DNA of 64,000 bases from the NCBI GenBank assembly GCA_048884785.1, contig JBHLQM010000006.1, positions 16,038 through 80,037 of the forward strand, read 5' to 3'. Shown here piece after piece: positions 49,112 to 58,502 of this stretch. Every line of letters starts with the position of its first letter. Positions within the stretch are counted from its first letter, which is position 1. Below the pieces are notes generated by a model. That model saw nothing but the letters and a program-made list of their open reading frames with translations, made no database searches and was not told the origin of the DNA. This DNA is from Candidatus Thorarchaeota archaeon (GTDB taxonomy: Archaea > Asgardarchaeota > Thorarchaeia > Thorarchaeales > Thorarchaeaceae). The translations under genes were made by a program, and so were the position numbers.

Positions 49112-49669
49112 CTATTTTAGAGCTGCAATCTGTCTATCCAAATCCTCTAGCTGCGAGTCAAGCTCAGCTTCCTTTGTTTTATATTCCTCTTCGGGAATGT
49201 ATCCTCTCATGTAATCAAATCTAAGATCAGTGAGGGCCGCCTTCAAGCGATCTTTTTGTTGAAGCAAGAAATCTAGTTGATCATCACCTTCAGCAGGAGG
49301 TTGAGGTGTTGGTTCTGCGACTGGTTGGGGTGTTGCTTTTGCAGCTGGCTTTGGAGTTGGCTTGGGAGCTGATTCTATAGCTGGAGTGGGTTTCGGTGCT
49401 GGGGTTGGTTCAGGAGCAGGTGTTGGAGCTGGCGTTGCTGCTGGTCCTGAAGGTTGCACTCTTTCCATCTGTTCCATGTTCTTTCGCAGCGTGTCGATTT
49501 GATTGGCGACTTCAGTAAAGCTGTCATTGATTGTTTTGTTGATTGAAAGCTTCATATTTGCGAAGTTCTGAGCGAGTTCGTCTGCCAATCTCTTGGTTTC
49601 AGCAACCTTGCTTGCAAAACCTTCGATTGCTTTTAGTTTCTCCATTATCTCATGTAGGTCAAAGGCCAT
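49112..49669 (-). CDS. Coiled-coil / Pro-Ala-Thr linker / SHOCT-like C-terminal helical-hairpin protein
   Basis: PAPTPAPEP linker; LRFDYMRGYIPEEEYK. Confidence 0.65.
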   Translation of the reverse strand: MAFDLHEIMEKLKAIEGFASKVAETKRLADELAQNFANMKLSINKTINDSFTEVANQIDTLRKNMEQMERVQPSGPAATPAPTPAPEPTPAPKPTPAIESAPKPTPKPAAKATPQPVAEPTPQPPAEGDDQLDFLLQQKDRLKAALTDLRFDYMRGYIPEEEYKTKEAELDSQLEDLDRQIAALK

Positions 49670-49747
49670 TTATTCTCACCTTATTACGCCATTCTGATTC
49701 ATTCTTTGGACGCACATTCTTAACCTTTGCCATGATTGACTCTCACC

Positions 49748-50599
49748 TTAATTATCCTTCTTTTCCGATTTACCCTCGAGAATTGCTCGACGGATAATCT
49801 GAATAAGTCGGTCTCTATAGGATATGTCAATTGCAACGAGCTCGTATGTTGCAACTCCAAGTATTTGACCGACTCTCTCAGGTGTAAGAGCAGTGGGCAG
49901 GTCCTGTTTGTTTGCAATACCTATTATTTTTGCGTCTGGCACTTCTTCCTTCACGAGTGATACAAGTTTCTTGCTTCTGAGTACATTTTCGAGTGTGCTA
50001 TCTGTAACTATTACAACTACCTGTGCATTGGCAATCATCTTTGCCCATAGGATGCTGAATCTTGATTGTCCTGCAAGGTCCCAGAGTACAATGTTAGCAT
50101 TTTCAACCTCCTCAGGGAGTTTCTTTATGCTTACACCAATTGTAGGATCATGAACGAGAGGTAATGTTTCCCCTCGAAGCAGATGGAGCGTTGTTGTTTT
50201 CCCTACTCCTGCAAAACCAAGAATGGCAACTTTTACCATCGTGACGGCAATTTCATCCACTTTCTCGTCAAATCCATCTAGGGATTGATGAGTTCTAGCC
50301 ATCTCTTTGTAGTCTCGCATGAAGATATCTACTAGTTGACTGACCTTCTCTTCAATCTGTACGGAATCATCCGCTTTATCTGCAACAAAAATGAATGTAT
50401 ACTCGTCGCGTACTGCATAGAAAAAGCGAGAAGCTGCCAGATTCATGAATTCAGTCTTTCCCTCTAGGTCGACTGTTCCCAGAAAGCTGGTTAGGTTCAC
50501 CAAGAATTCAACTAGTGTTTGTCTTGCTTCTATATCCGCGTACTCCTTTGTGAATACAATATTTCCCGTCTGTTCGAGGATATAGACGCTCCTGATCAC
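49748..50599 (-). CDS. Longin domain fused to an Arf/Rab-like small GTPase
   Basis: MIRSVYILEQTGNIVFTKEY (adaptin sigma/mu-type longin start); G1 GFAGVGKTT, G2 PTIG, G3 DLAGQ, G4 NKQD. Confidence 0.88.
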   Translation of the reverse strand: MIRSVYILEQTGNIVFTKEYADIEARQTLVEFLVNLTSFLGTVDLEGKTEFMNLAASRFFYAVRDEYTFIFVADKADDSVQIEEKVSQLVDIFMRDYKEMARTHQSLDGFDEKVDEIAVTMVKVAILGFAGVGKTTTLHLLRGETLPLVHDPTIGVSIKKLPEEVENANIVLWDLAGQSRFSILWAKMIANAQVVVIVTDSTLENVLRSKKLVSLVKEEVPDAKIIGIANKQDLPTALTPERVGQILGVATYELVAIDISYRDRLIQIIRRAILEGKSEKKDN

Positions 50600-51720
50600 T
50601 AGCTCTCACTCCAGGTACCTGCCAGAAGTTCTAGGTATCTGCTTGCGGTTTCAGGAACTATCTCCTTATCAACCAATTTGCGAGATATAATTGGTAGTGC
50701 ATATTCAGGCAAGAATGTTTCTATGACTGGGTTTGTAATAAGGGCCCAGAGATTGCTTTCTTCAAGACACATTGCAATTCGGTCAGCTTCTAAAACCCAT
50801 AGGGAGTTTTGGACCACTCCCTTTGGGAGTGATATTTTTTCTACTATCTCCTCAATGCCGAGTGGTTGATTCCTCAGGCATTGAAGTACTAAATAATGAA
50901 GCCTGTGCGCTAGAATTCTAGCTATTTTCTCTCTATCCTCAACAATCGGCGAATTCGGATCATCAACTTTTAACGTGGGATTGTAGCCTTTCTCAGGTGG
51001 TGGAGGAGAAAAGAAAGTCTTGACCGCCTCTAAATAGCTACTCAGAATATTTGGATACAATTCCTTGGCTTTTGCAATTGATTCAACAGGGGGTGCTCTA
51101 TAGCTGAATATGTCTTTAATCAAAAACACCGTTTCTCTAGTCTTGCCAATAACCTCCACTTTGACCATTCCAGTTTGAATGAGAGGGGTGACTGCTTCGC
51201 GGATATCCACTGTGTCACTTTGAATTTCATTCTTCAGCCAAATCGATAGCTTTGCGGCACTTTCTATGGTCTGAAGCTGCATCCTTTCCAGAATCAGTGC
51301 AGAAGATGGAGTCAGGAACACCTCTGCGATTTTCTGTTCTTCTGAAGGTTCTGGCAGAATACTACGTTTTTGAATGATTTCTTCCAGGTCTACCATATCA
51401 GGGTTGCTTGTGATTAGTTCAAGCAAGAGACGTGACATTCCAGTGACAATATCATACGTTGATTCTGGGGTGGTGTTTGAATCTATGGTGAAGCATATCA
51501 TCCATCCAGGATGAAGATCATCCATATATGAAATAATCCTCAGTTTTTCCAATTCAGAGAATTTGATTGTCTGCTGCTTTTCTTTGAGATGATCATAGTA
51601 TATGAGATTCAACACCTTTTCGTTAAGTACTAGAGTTGCTGGAAATCTCTTCTCAACTATGAATCCATGATAATCATCAAGGTGGACAATAAAGGCTCCT
51701 TCTAGCATTCTGGGTCCCAT
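50599..51720 (-). CDS. Hypothetical protein: N-terminal uDENN/Npr2-type longin-like domain plus winged helices
   Basis: FIVHLDDYHGFIVEKRFP; wHTH-like segments; TAG/GTG overlap with the GTPase gene. Confidence 0.5.
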   Translation of the reverse strand: MGPRMLEGAFIVHLDDYHGFIVEKRFPATLVLNEKVLNLIYYDHLKEKQQTIKFSELEKLRIISYMDDLHPGWMICFTIDSNTTPESTYDIVTGMSRLLLELITSNPDMVDLEEIIQKRSILPEPSEEQKIAEVFLTPSSALILERMQLQTIESAAKLSIWLKNEIQSDTVDIREAVTPLIQTGMVKVEVIGKTRETVFLIKDIFSYRAPPVESIAKAKELYPNILSSYLEAVKTFFSPPPPEKGYNPTLKVDDPNSPIVEDREKIARILAHRLHYLVLQCLRNQPLGIEEIVEKISLPKGVVQNSLWVLEADRIAMCLEESNLWALITNPVIETFLPEYALPIISRKLVDKEIVPETASRYLELLAGTWSES

Positions 51721-51782
51721 CCTGAAGTTCCATTGATATCCTGATATTTTTTCCTATGAAACATTTGCTGTGTGCTAATGAA

Positions 51783-52127
51783 TTAATCCTTTTCAAGATG
51801 AATAACACAAGATATTTCCCTTTTTTCGCCAAGAATCCAGCAGTTTTCGCATACTACCTGCCTACATTTACTGCAAGTTCCGACACACTGGTTAAAAACT
51901 AGGAATTTTGATGAGGTAGTATGGCTGGAATGGTGCCTGCAAAATCCAGAATCACATCTAGCGCATACTACCACTGCCGGTTGACCACACTTCTTGCAGG
52001 TTTTAGTAGGCTCGATAATACTCCCTGAAGCATTTTTACAATCAATATTGGAGCAGTCCCCAATGCCTTTGTATGAGCCACAGCGGGGACAATATGGTTC
52101 AAGCACCCATGTTCTCATCTCAGGCAT
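51783..52127 (-). CDS. Cys-rich multi-zinc-finger protein
   Basis: CPRC, CSNIDC, CKKC, CARC..FCRHH, CSKC..VCENC and CVIH. Confidence 0.7.
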   Translation of the reverse strand: MPEMRTWVLEPYCPRCGSYKGIGDCSNIDCKNASGSIIEPTKTCKKCGQPAVVVCARCDSGFCRHHSSHTTSSKFLVFNQCVGTCSKCRQVVCENCWILGEKREISCVIHLEKD

Positions 52128-52233
52128 TCTTGGCACCTCGCACTCCATTTTGCAATCTCAAAGCTACTAGGGGTATGTTCTCCTAGAAAGGGTGAAAAGG
52201 GTTCTCCCCAACTCCCAAATCTGAAGATGGGTA

Positions 52234-54576
52234 ATGGACGTAGAAGGAAAGAATCTCATCGTACCAGTACTTGCCACCAAGCATCTTCATATCGCTGGTG
52301 GCCCCCCTATGGTACAGGCCGTCCCAAAGGAATACACCCTAGCTTCGAATCTTATGATGCTTCTTGAGGATCGGAAAAACGCTGATATCGAATTTCTGAT
52401 GAAGACCTATCTTCCGATTAGTCTCGTTCATTTGGGTGATGGGCTAACATGTACATTCATTGAACATCTTGGTCTTTCCTCTTCTGCTTGTCGTCTGTCC
52501 CCGCCTGAAAGGGCTGCAAAGCTGTTGAAAAGGCTGGAATCCTCTTCAAAGCCGGATGATATTATTAAAATTGTTCACGGGTTAGTTGAGCATCTTCAGG
52601 CAATCGCTAATGCCGAGCGGAAGTCATACGTAGGTGTTCTGGAAGGTCCTCAATTGGATGTGGTTGCACAAATAGCTCAATGGCCAACCTACACATCGAT
52701 AGAGGACTATTCTTTCGTGCTGCCATCAACGCTACAAAAACGGGAAATCGAGGTATTGTCAAAATCTCTGAATGACTCACATTCGTCACTTCTTGCTATC
52801 CGAGAAGCAATTAGGCGATTTGATGATGTTTTGGAGGAACGAATCATTTCGATTGGCAGGGATGCAACCAAGTCCACCTCACCTAGGTTAAGTCGTTTGG
52901 AGGAGAGAATCCATCATCTTGAAGATGAAATAAGATATCTGGAATCAAGAAGAGAGCAGTTTTCTGGCAAAGGGGTGAAATCCTCAGAAAGCAAAACTAG
53001 ATTGAAAGAAATAGATGCTGATCTCAATGCGCGACGTGCAGCCTTGGAGCGTGATAAATCTAGAAAACAAGATATTCTAGATGATAGTGTTGGGCAAATG
53101 AATAGGCTTCGCGAAGCTCAACAGAAACTCAGAACACTCATCAAAGAAATCTGGCCTACTATAGAACAAATCAGGAAAGGGCATGGTTTCATAACTACTT
53201 CATATCCATCAAAACGGAAGGAGGATGAAGACACAATCCTAATGCTCCCAATCTTATTGGCCGGGCTTTCAAGAAAGGGTCAACTCAGCATATTGCTGAT
53301 TTCTCCAATGCTTCTTGAGGATAGCAGAGAGCGTGTCGGTATGAGGAAGGACTTCATTTTTCCCTTTTCTACTTACTCTGGTCTGGAGCAGATGATAAAC
53401 ACTCTTTCCAAAAGGGCCAATACAGATGTTTCATTCAGAAAGACAATTAGAAATGCATCTCAAGAAAGGAATATTCTGGCACTTGAAGAGACGCGAACCC
53501 TAATTCTCGAAGGTGCGCGATTGCTGCTTGCTGATGGATTAATCAAAGAATCTGGTGTGGAAGATCTTCAATCCTTCCTCTCTCATATTCCTGTCCATAA
53601 GCCAAGAGCCCCTACACGAAAGACAAGAGTTATTCCCCTCGTTCCATCAGATGGTGCTTCATGTGACGTTGTATTCAATGTTCAAAATGATGCAGGCTCT
53701 CCAATTGAAGGAGCGGTACTGCATATAAGTGGACTAAGACTCGAATCGAACGCATCAGGACAAATCCAGATTTCGTTGCCTCCCAGCAATTATGAGGGTT
53801 TTGCCAATGCGAAAGGATTTCATGAGAAGCAGTTCGATTTTACACTGGACACGCCTGGCAACATTGTCATTCCTATAGTACTCTCAGAGTTGTCGCACGA
53901 AGACCATCTTGGTAGGCAGCTCGATCTGCTTGTTGAGAAGGCCAAGCGCTTAGACACCATTAGGGCTAAACTCAATGAGGCCTTTGAAATCCATGGTGAC
54001 ACCCTGCTTCAAATTCCAGCCTATAGAACAATCCTAGTAGAACTTCTATCTGATTTAGGACTTGAACCAGAGAGTTGGATTGCAGAGGCAAAGAAGAAAC
54101 GTGGTATGATGAAGCGTCTTCTGAAACGAGATGAAAGAGATGACAGGATAAGGCGTGATATACTTCGACTGGCAGAGGAATCAAAGCAGACAGGAGGAAT
54201 CATGCTTCTCTCCGAGCTATTGGTCCGTCTTGATGATATGGGTTGGGAATTGTCTTCCGATGAGGTGGAAGCCACATTGAAAGACATGACAAAAGAAGGT
54301 CTTGTAGAGGGCTTGTCTTCACTTGACAACGGAGCTCGGCTTATCAAATTCATTCCAGTTGCCCTCACTGACGACCCACAGAGAATACTTACACTTGCTT
54401 CACGCAATGACGGTCGTCTAACAATCGAAGAAGCAGTCGTTGAGCTTGGATGGACTGAAGAGAGAGTGAAGAACGCCCTTGATTTACTACTCGCGAATGG
54501 TGTCGCTAAATTGCAGAGAAGTTTCTCAAAGAGTACACAATACTGGTTTCCGGGATTGAAGAGTAGAAAGAAATAA
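52234..54576 (+). CDS. Multidomain protein: coiled coil + beta-sandwich + C-terminal ESCRT-II Vps22/EAP30-like tandem winged helix
   Basis: HGDTLLQIPAYR...LGLEP, GGIMLLSEL, LTDDPQRILTLA...LGWTEERVKNALDLL...G....YWFPGL match the SNF8/Vps22 pattern. Confidence 0.78.
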   Translation: MDVEGKNLIVPVLATKHLHIAGGPPMVQAVPKEYTLASNLMMLLEDRKNADIEFLMKTYLPISLVHLGDGLTCTFIEHLGLSSSACRLSPPERAAKLLKRLESSSKPDDIIKIVHGLVEHLQAIANAERKSYVGVLEGPQLDVVAQIAQWPTYTSIEDYSFVLPSTLQKREIEVLSKSLNDSHSSLLAIREAIRRFDDVLEERIISIGRDATKSTSPRLSRLEERIHHLEDEIRYLESRREQFSGKGVKSSESKTRLKEIDADLNARRAALERDKSRKQDILDDSVGQMNRLREAQQKLRTLIKEIWPTIEQIRKGHGFITTSYPSKRKEDEDTILMLPILLAGLSRKGQLSILLISPMLLEDSRERVGMRKDFIFPFSTYSGLEQMINTLSKRANTDVSFRKTIRNASQERNILALEETRTLILEGARLLLADGLIKESGVEDLQSFLSHIPVHKPRAPTRKTRVIPLVPSDGASCDVVFNVQNDAGSPIEGAVLHISGLRLESNASGQIQISLPPSNYEGFANAKGFHEKQFDFTLDTPGNIVIPIVLSELSHEDHLGRQLDLLVEKAKRLDTIRAKLNEAFEIHGDTLLQIPAYRTILVELLSDLGLEPESWIAEAKKKRGMMKRLLKRDERDDRIRRDILRLAEESKQTGGIMLLSELLVRLDDMGWELSSDEVEATLKDMTKEGLVEGLSSLDNGARLIKFIPVALTDDPQRILTLASRNDGRLTIEEAVVELGWTEERVKNALDLLLANGVAKLQRSFSKSTQYWFPGLKSRKK

Positions 54577-54629
54577 GACTAGGTCCCTGAAGTTCTTGAG
54601 AACACAATTTTGCTGTTGCTCGAGGTGAA

Positions 54630-55415
54630 ATGATGAACCGATTGTCGCATTTGCTATTTGCTTTCTCTCTCTTTGTTGGACTTTATACTCTGATTTATGG
54701 ATTCGTTGTCTGGCAGTCAAATCTTGGAACATTGAGTCAATTACTTCTCTACTATGTCGCTGGAGGAATCGTATTCAGCATAATTCTTACACCAATCATA
54801 TTTTGGAGGGCCCCTAACAAAGAGGATGATAGAACCACGAGCAACAAGGGTGCAGTATCTGCTGTTTCATTCGTTACATTTTCCATTGGATCTTTAGCCG
54901 GAAGTGTTGTGTACCAATGGACTAATGGCATCGTAATCATTGGACATGTATCACTATTTCTGGGTGCGCTCATTATAATGACTGGGGCCTTGATGCCTGA
55001 TTGGGATATAATCCTCCTCGGAATCTCGAGTCATAGGAACATCATTTTTCACTCTGTGATTCTGCCTTTGCTGATAGTCTTCATGGTCCTGATTAATGTA
55101 GCATATGCAATCGTATCTACTTCTTCCCTTGCAGTTGGAGCTCATATCGAGTATTATCTTACAGCTCTCTATCTACTTGGTTATGCAAGTCACCTCTATC
55201 TTGACATATTTCCAAGTGATGCGAGTCCAATAGAGATAGTATGGCGAGTAGTTGACCCTTATGATAAGGCTCCAACCGGCTTAAAATCGTGGGGACCAAT
55301 CAAAGTGGCTAAAGGTGCCGCTAAGCAATGGCTGGTTGGAAATGCAACTCTCTTGTTAATGGTAGCAATAGCCCTGCTTGGCCTATACTTCTATAATCTA
55401 CCGATTTCGCCATAA
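54630..55415 (+). CDS. YdjM-like membrane metal-dependent hydrolase
   Basis: SHLL, PDWD, HR...HS and SHLYLD motifs. Confidence 0.75.
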   Translation: MMNRLSHLLFAFSLFVGLYTLIYGFVVWQSNLGTLSQLLLYYVAGGIVFSIILTPIIFWRAPNKEDDRTTSNKGAVSAVSFVTFSIGSLAGSVVYQWTNGIVIIGHVSLFLGALIIMTGALMPDWDIILLGISSHRNIIFHSVILPLLIVFMVLINVAYAIVSTSSLAVGAHIEYYLTALYLLGYASHLYLDIFPSDASPIEIVWRVVDPYDKAPTGLKSWGPIKVAKGAAKQWLVGNATLLLMVAIALLGLYFYNLPISP

Positions 55416-55458
55416 TCTGATTGAGAGCTACTACAATATGGATGATTTAGAGCTATAC

Positions 55459-55779
55459 CTACTCCCAGTCATCATCTTCTGATTCGAAATCCTCGTCTTC
55501 ATCTTCAAAATCGAAGTCTTCTTCATCCTCTTCGTCTTCTTCTTCTGCGACGAATTCTTCTTCTTCTTCCTCTTCTTCGTCATCTTCAAAGAGGAAGGTT
55601 TCTGGGTCAACCTCTTCCGATGTCTTAGTCACCTTGGCCTTTTTCGCCTTCTTGAGTGCTTCAGGTGCCAAGCACAAATTGTCGGCTTCATCGAAATACT
55701 GACATTCAGGGCAACATTCTCCCTTGTTGTCACAGGTTAGGAATGCTCCGCAAATCTTACAACATTTCAGTTCTGACAC
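55459..55779 (-). CDS. Small Cys-rich protein with highly acidic tail (start uncertain)
   Basis: CCKIC..C...CCPEC...C then poly-D/E; CAGGTG RBS before GTG. Confidence 0.6.
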   Translation of the reverse strand: MSELKCCKICGAFLTCDNKGECCPECQYFDEADNLCLAPEALKKAKKAKVTKTSEEVDPETFLFEDDEEEEEEEEFVAEEEDEEDEEDFDFEDEDEDFESEDDDWE

Positions 55780-55900
55780 TTCAATACACCTGAAAGGACT
55801 GACAACAAGAAAAAATCTGATTATCATCCAAATAAGCGTCTCCTTCTATCCCTGTTAAGGGCATTGCTAGTGTATTCCTCTGAAAATCCATCAATGTTAA

Positions 55901-57667
55901 ATGAGTTCTAAATCTGAAATTGGTGAGTTGAATGGATTGAACGATTTGGAATCTTTCGTAAGAAAGGTAGTTCTTGAAAATGCAGTCAAATATGATGGAA
56001 AACCGAGTGCGAAATCAGTCATGGGTGCCATCATGGGCTCTAGACCAGATCTTCGTTCAAGTGCATCGGAAGTCAAGAACCTCGTGACAAATCTTGTTGC
56101 TGAAATTGAAAAACTCTCATTAGATGAGCAGAAACGACGGCTTCTGAGCATTGATCCCAAAGCATTGGATGAGGGAATTACGGAGCAACCAGAGGAAAAG
56201 GAAATCCCCGATTTACCAAATTTGAAGAAATGGGGTAGCAAAATCGTAATGCGTCTGGCTCCATTTCCATCTGGTCCTCTGCATGTTGGAAATGCTCGGA
56301 TGGTGATACTAAATGATTATTTCGTAAAGAGGTACAAAGGCAAGCTTATCCTAGTGTTCGACGACACAATTGGATCCGCAGAAAAGCAGGTAGAGCCAGA
56401 CGCGTTTGATTTGATACCTGAGGGTTTACATTATCTAGGTGTCGAATACCACGAAACAATCTACAAGTCAGATCGAATGGATCTCTTTTACAAATATGCA
56501 GTTGATTTGATAACCCGCGGAGATGCATATGTTTGCGATTGCAATGCCGAAACCTGGAGAACCGAGCACAAGATAAAAGGAAAGCCATGTTCATGCCGCA
56601 ACCTCCCAAAAGAAACTAATCTTGAAAGATGGGAGAAAATGCTGGATGGGACATATCCGGAGAAAGCCGCTGCTGTCCGGTTGAAAACAGGTATGAATGA
56701 TCCAGACCCCGCCATGCGTGATCACGTAATTTTGCGAATCTCCGAAACAGACCATCCTCGAGTTGGATCAAAATATCGTGTTTGGCCACTGCTGGAGTAT
56801 TCTTGGGGCATTGATGACCATGAACTGGGAGTCACACACATCATCCGCGGAAAGGATTTAGTAAAAGAGGGCAAGATTGAGCAGTTCATATGGAATCTCT
56901 ATGGTTGGAAATCTCCGGAGCTAATTTACTATGGCCGCCTCAAGTTTCAAGATGCAAAACTGAGTAAGAGCAAGTCTCGAAAAGAGGTTCTAGACGGCAC
57001 ATATTCTGGTTGGACTGACCCTAGAACATGGAGTTTGCAGTCTTTGGATCGAAGAGGAATCCATCCTGATGCTCTACGAAAGGCGATGCTAGACCTTGGT
57101 CTCAGCATTGTTGACATTTCAATGTCGATGAAATCTGTGTATTCTGAGAATCGAAAACTACGCGATGCCGAGGCAACTCGTTTATTCTTTGTCCAGAATC
57201 CCGTATGGATAAGCTCCAAAGGGCTTCCGGAAAATCTCGTCGTGGCTAAGGCCCCAGTGCATCCTGATTTTCCCGAACTTGGCCAAAGAAAGATTCCGAT
57301 TGATCCTGTGCATGGGCATCTTGGTCTAGCAGACACTGACTATCAAAAGCTAAAGGATGGTGAATTATTCAGGATGAAAGATTTGGCAAACTTCATTCTG
57401 CACAAGGGGAAGAAACCATCTGCAAGGTTTCACAGTATTGATGTGGAAGAAGTCCGTTCAATTGGTGGTCCTATTCTTCATTGGGTTCCAAAAGAAAACA
57501 GTGTGCCGATTGAACTAACTGAGATTAGTGGTGCAGTGGTTTCTGGCCTTGCTGAGCCAAGCATTAAAAACACACCTGCTGGATCCTTTGTTCAATTTGA
57601 ACGTGTAGGATTTGCAAAGATATATGATACTGCAGGAGTGATAAAAGCTGCATTCGCTCACAAATGA
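55901..57667 (+). CDS. gltX: Glutamate--tRNA ligase (archaeal type)
   Basis: RLAPFPSGPLHVGN, THIIRGKD, LSKS and QFERVGF motifs. Confidence 0.95.
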   Translation: MSSKSEIGELNGLNDLESFVRKVVLENAVKYDGKPSAKSVMGAIMGSRPDLRSSASEVKNLVTNLVAEIEKLSLDEQKRRLLSIDPKALDEGITEQPEEKEIPDLPNLKKWGSKIVMRLAPFPSGPLHVGNARMVILNDYFVKRYKGKLILVFDDTIGSAEKQVEPDAFDLIPEGLHYLGVEYHETIYKSDRMDLFYKYAVDLITRGDAYVCDCNAETWRTEHKIKGKPCSCRNLPKETNLERWEKMLDGTYPEKAAAVRLKTGMNDPDPAMRDHVILRISETDHPRVGSKYRVWPLLEYSWGIDDHELGVTHIIRGKDLVKEGKIEQFIWNLYGWKSPELIYYGRLKFQDAKLSKSKSRKEVLDGTYSGWTDPRTWSLQSLDRRGIHPDALRKAMLDLGLSIVDISMSMKSVYSENRKLRDAEATRLFFVQNPVWISSKGLPENLVVAKAPVHPDFPELGQRKIPIDPVHGHLGLADTDYQKLKDGELFRMKDLANFILHKGKKPSARFHSIDVEEVRSIGGPILHWVPKENSVPIELTEISGAVVSGLAEPSIKNTPAGSFVQFERVGFAKIYDTAGVIKAAFAHK

Positions 57668-57738
57668 AAGCATTGGGATTCCATCACGCCAAAGAGGTCT
57701 TATAGGGGGTTTTGCTATGAAAAAGCAGGGGATTCCCA

Positions 57739-58497
57739 ATGGCTAAGAAATCCAAGAAATCAAAGAAATCATCAACACTATCGCCGACATTGTTCAAGAT
57801 GACCGGTGCAAACGCGAAGATGAAAGTTGATGATAGGAAGAAGGGATTATACTATTTCTCCGAAAAGGTAGATCCCAAGAAAGCTCAGAAGCTGGCTTCT
57901 GACAATGCTGCCGAGATGCTATCAGTATCGGTTGATTCTGTAACAGCAGGTAAACCATCGCTGAAGTATGACTTCTATTGCATCTACGATGCTGAAGTAC
58001 AGGTGAAGTATCTGAGTCTGAGACAGCAGGAGATAGGTGTATATGAGCAACTTCTGGGTGCTCAGGTCGGCAATACAGTGTTCATGCCGCGAAAAGGAAA
58101 GGATGTTCCTGGCAACGCTATCTTTCTCGAAATCGCTGAACTCTATGAAACCAAGAACAATGTCGCGCATATAATCGATGGTTCTACTGGATTTCCTGCA
58201 CGAACTTTGGAGTCCTTGCTTAAGGGGGCAGGAAAGAAGAAGGCAACGGCAGCTTGGTTGAAGAAGATCAGTGTGTCCCCTGGGAAGTACAATTCCGTTG
58301 ATAAGCTCGTTAAGGCAATATCAAATGACGCCTCAAAGGTTCCTAAGGATGCCAAGCGAGTAGTTGAACATAACCTTACATTTTCTAAAATTGATGGATT
58401 CTATGTTCCAACCTACTATGTTACAGTTACAGCTGGTGCTGAATCCAAAGTCATGAGAATAAATGCTGTCAATGGAAATGTTGCATTGAAAGTATAG
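57739..58497 (+). CDS. Basic hypothetical protein
   Basis: K-rich ORF; two halves ending in IIDGSTG and INAVNG. Confidence 0.6.
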   Translation: MAKKSKKSKKSSTLSPTLFKMTGANAKMKVDDRKKGLYYFSEKVDPKKAQKLASDNAAEMLSVSVDSVTAGKPSLKYDFYCIYDAEVQVKYLSLRQQEIGVYEQLLGAQVGNTVFMPRKGKDVPGNAIFLEIAELYETKNNVAHIIDGSTGFPARTLESLLKGAGKKKATAAWLKKISVSPGKYNSVDKLVKAISNDASKVPKDAKRVVEHNLTFSKIDGFYVPTYYVTVTAGAESKVMRINAVNGNVALKV

Positions 58498-58502
58498 ACT
58501 AG

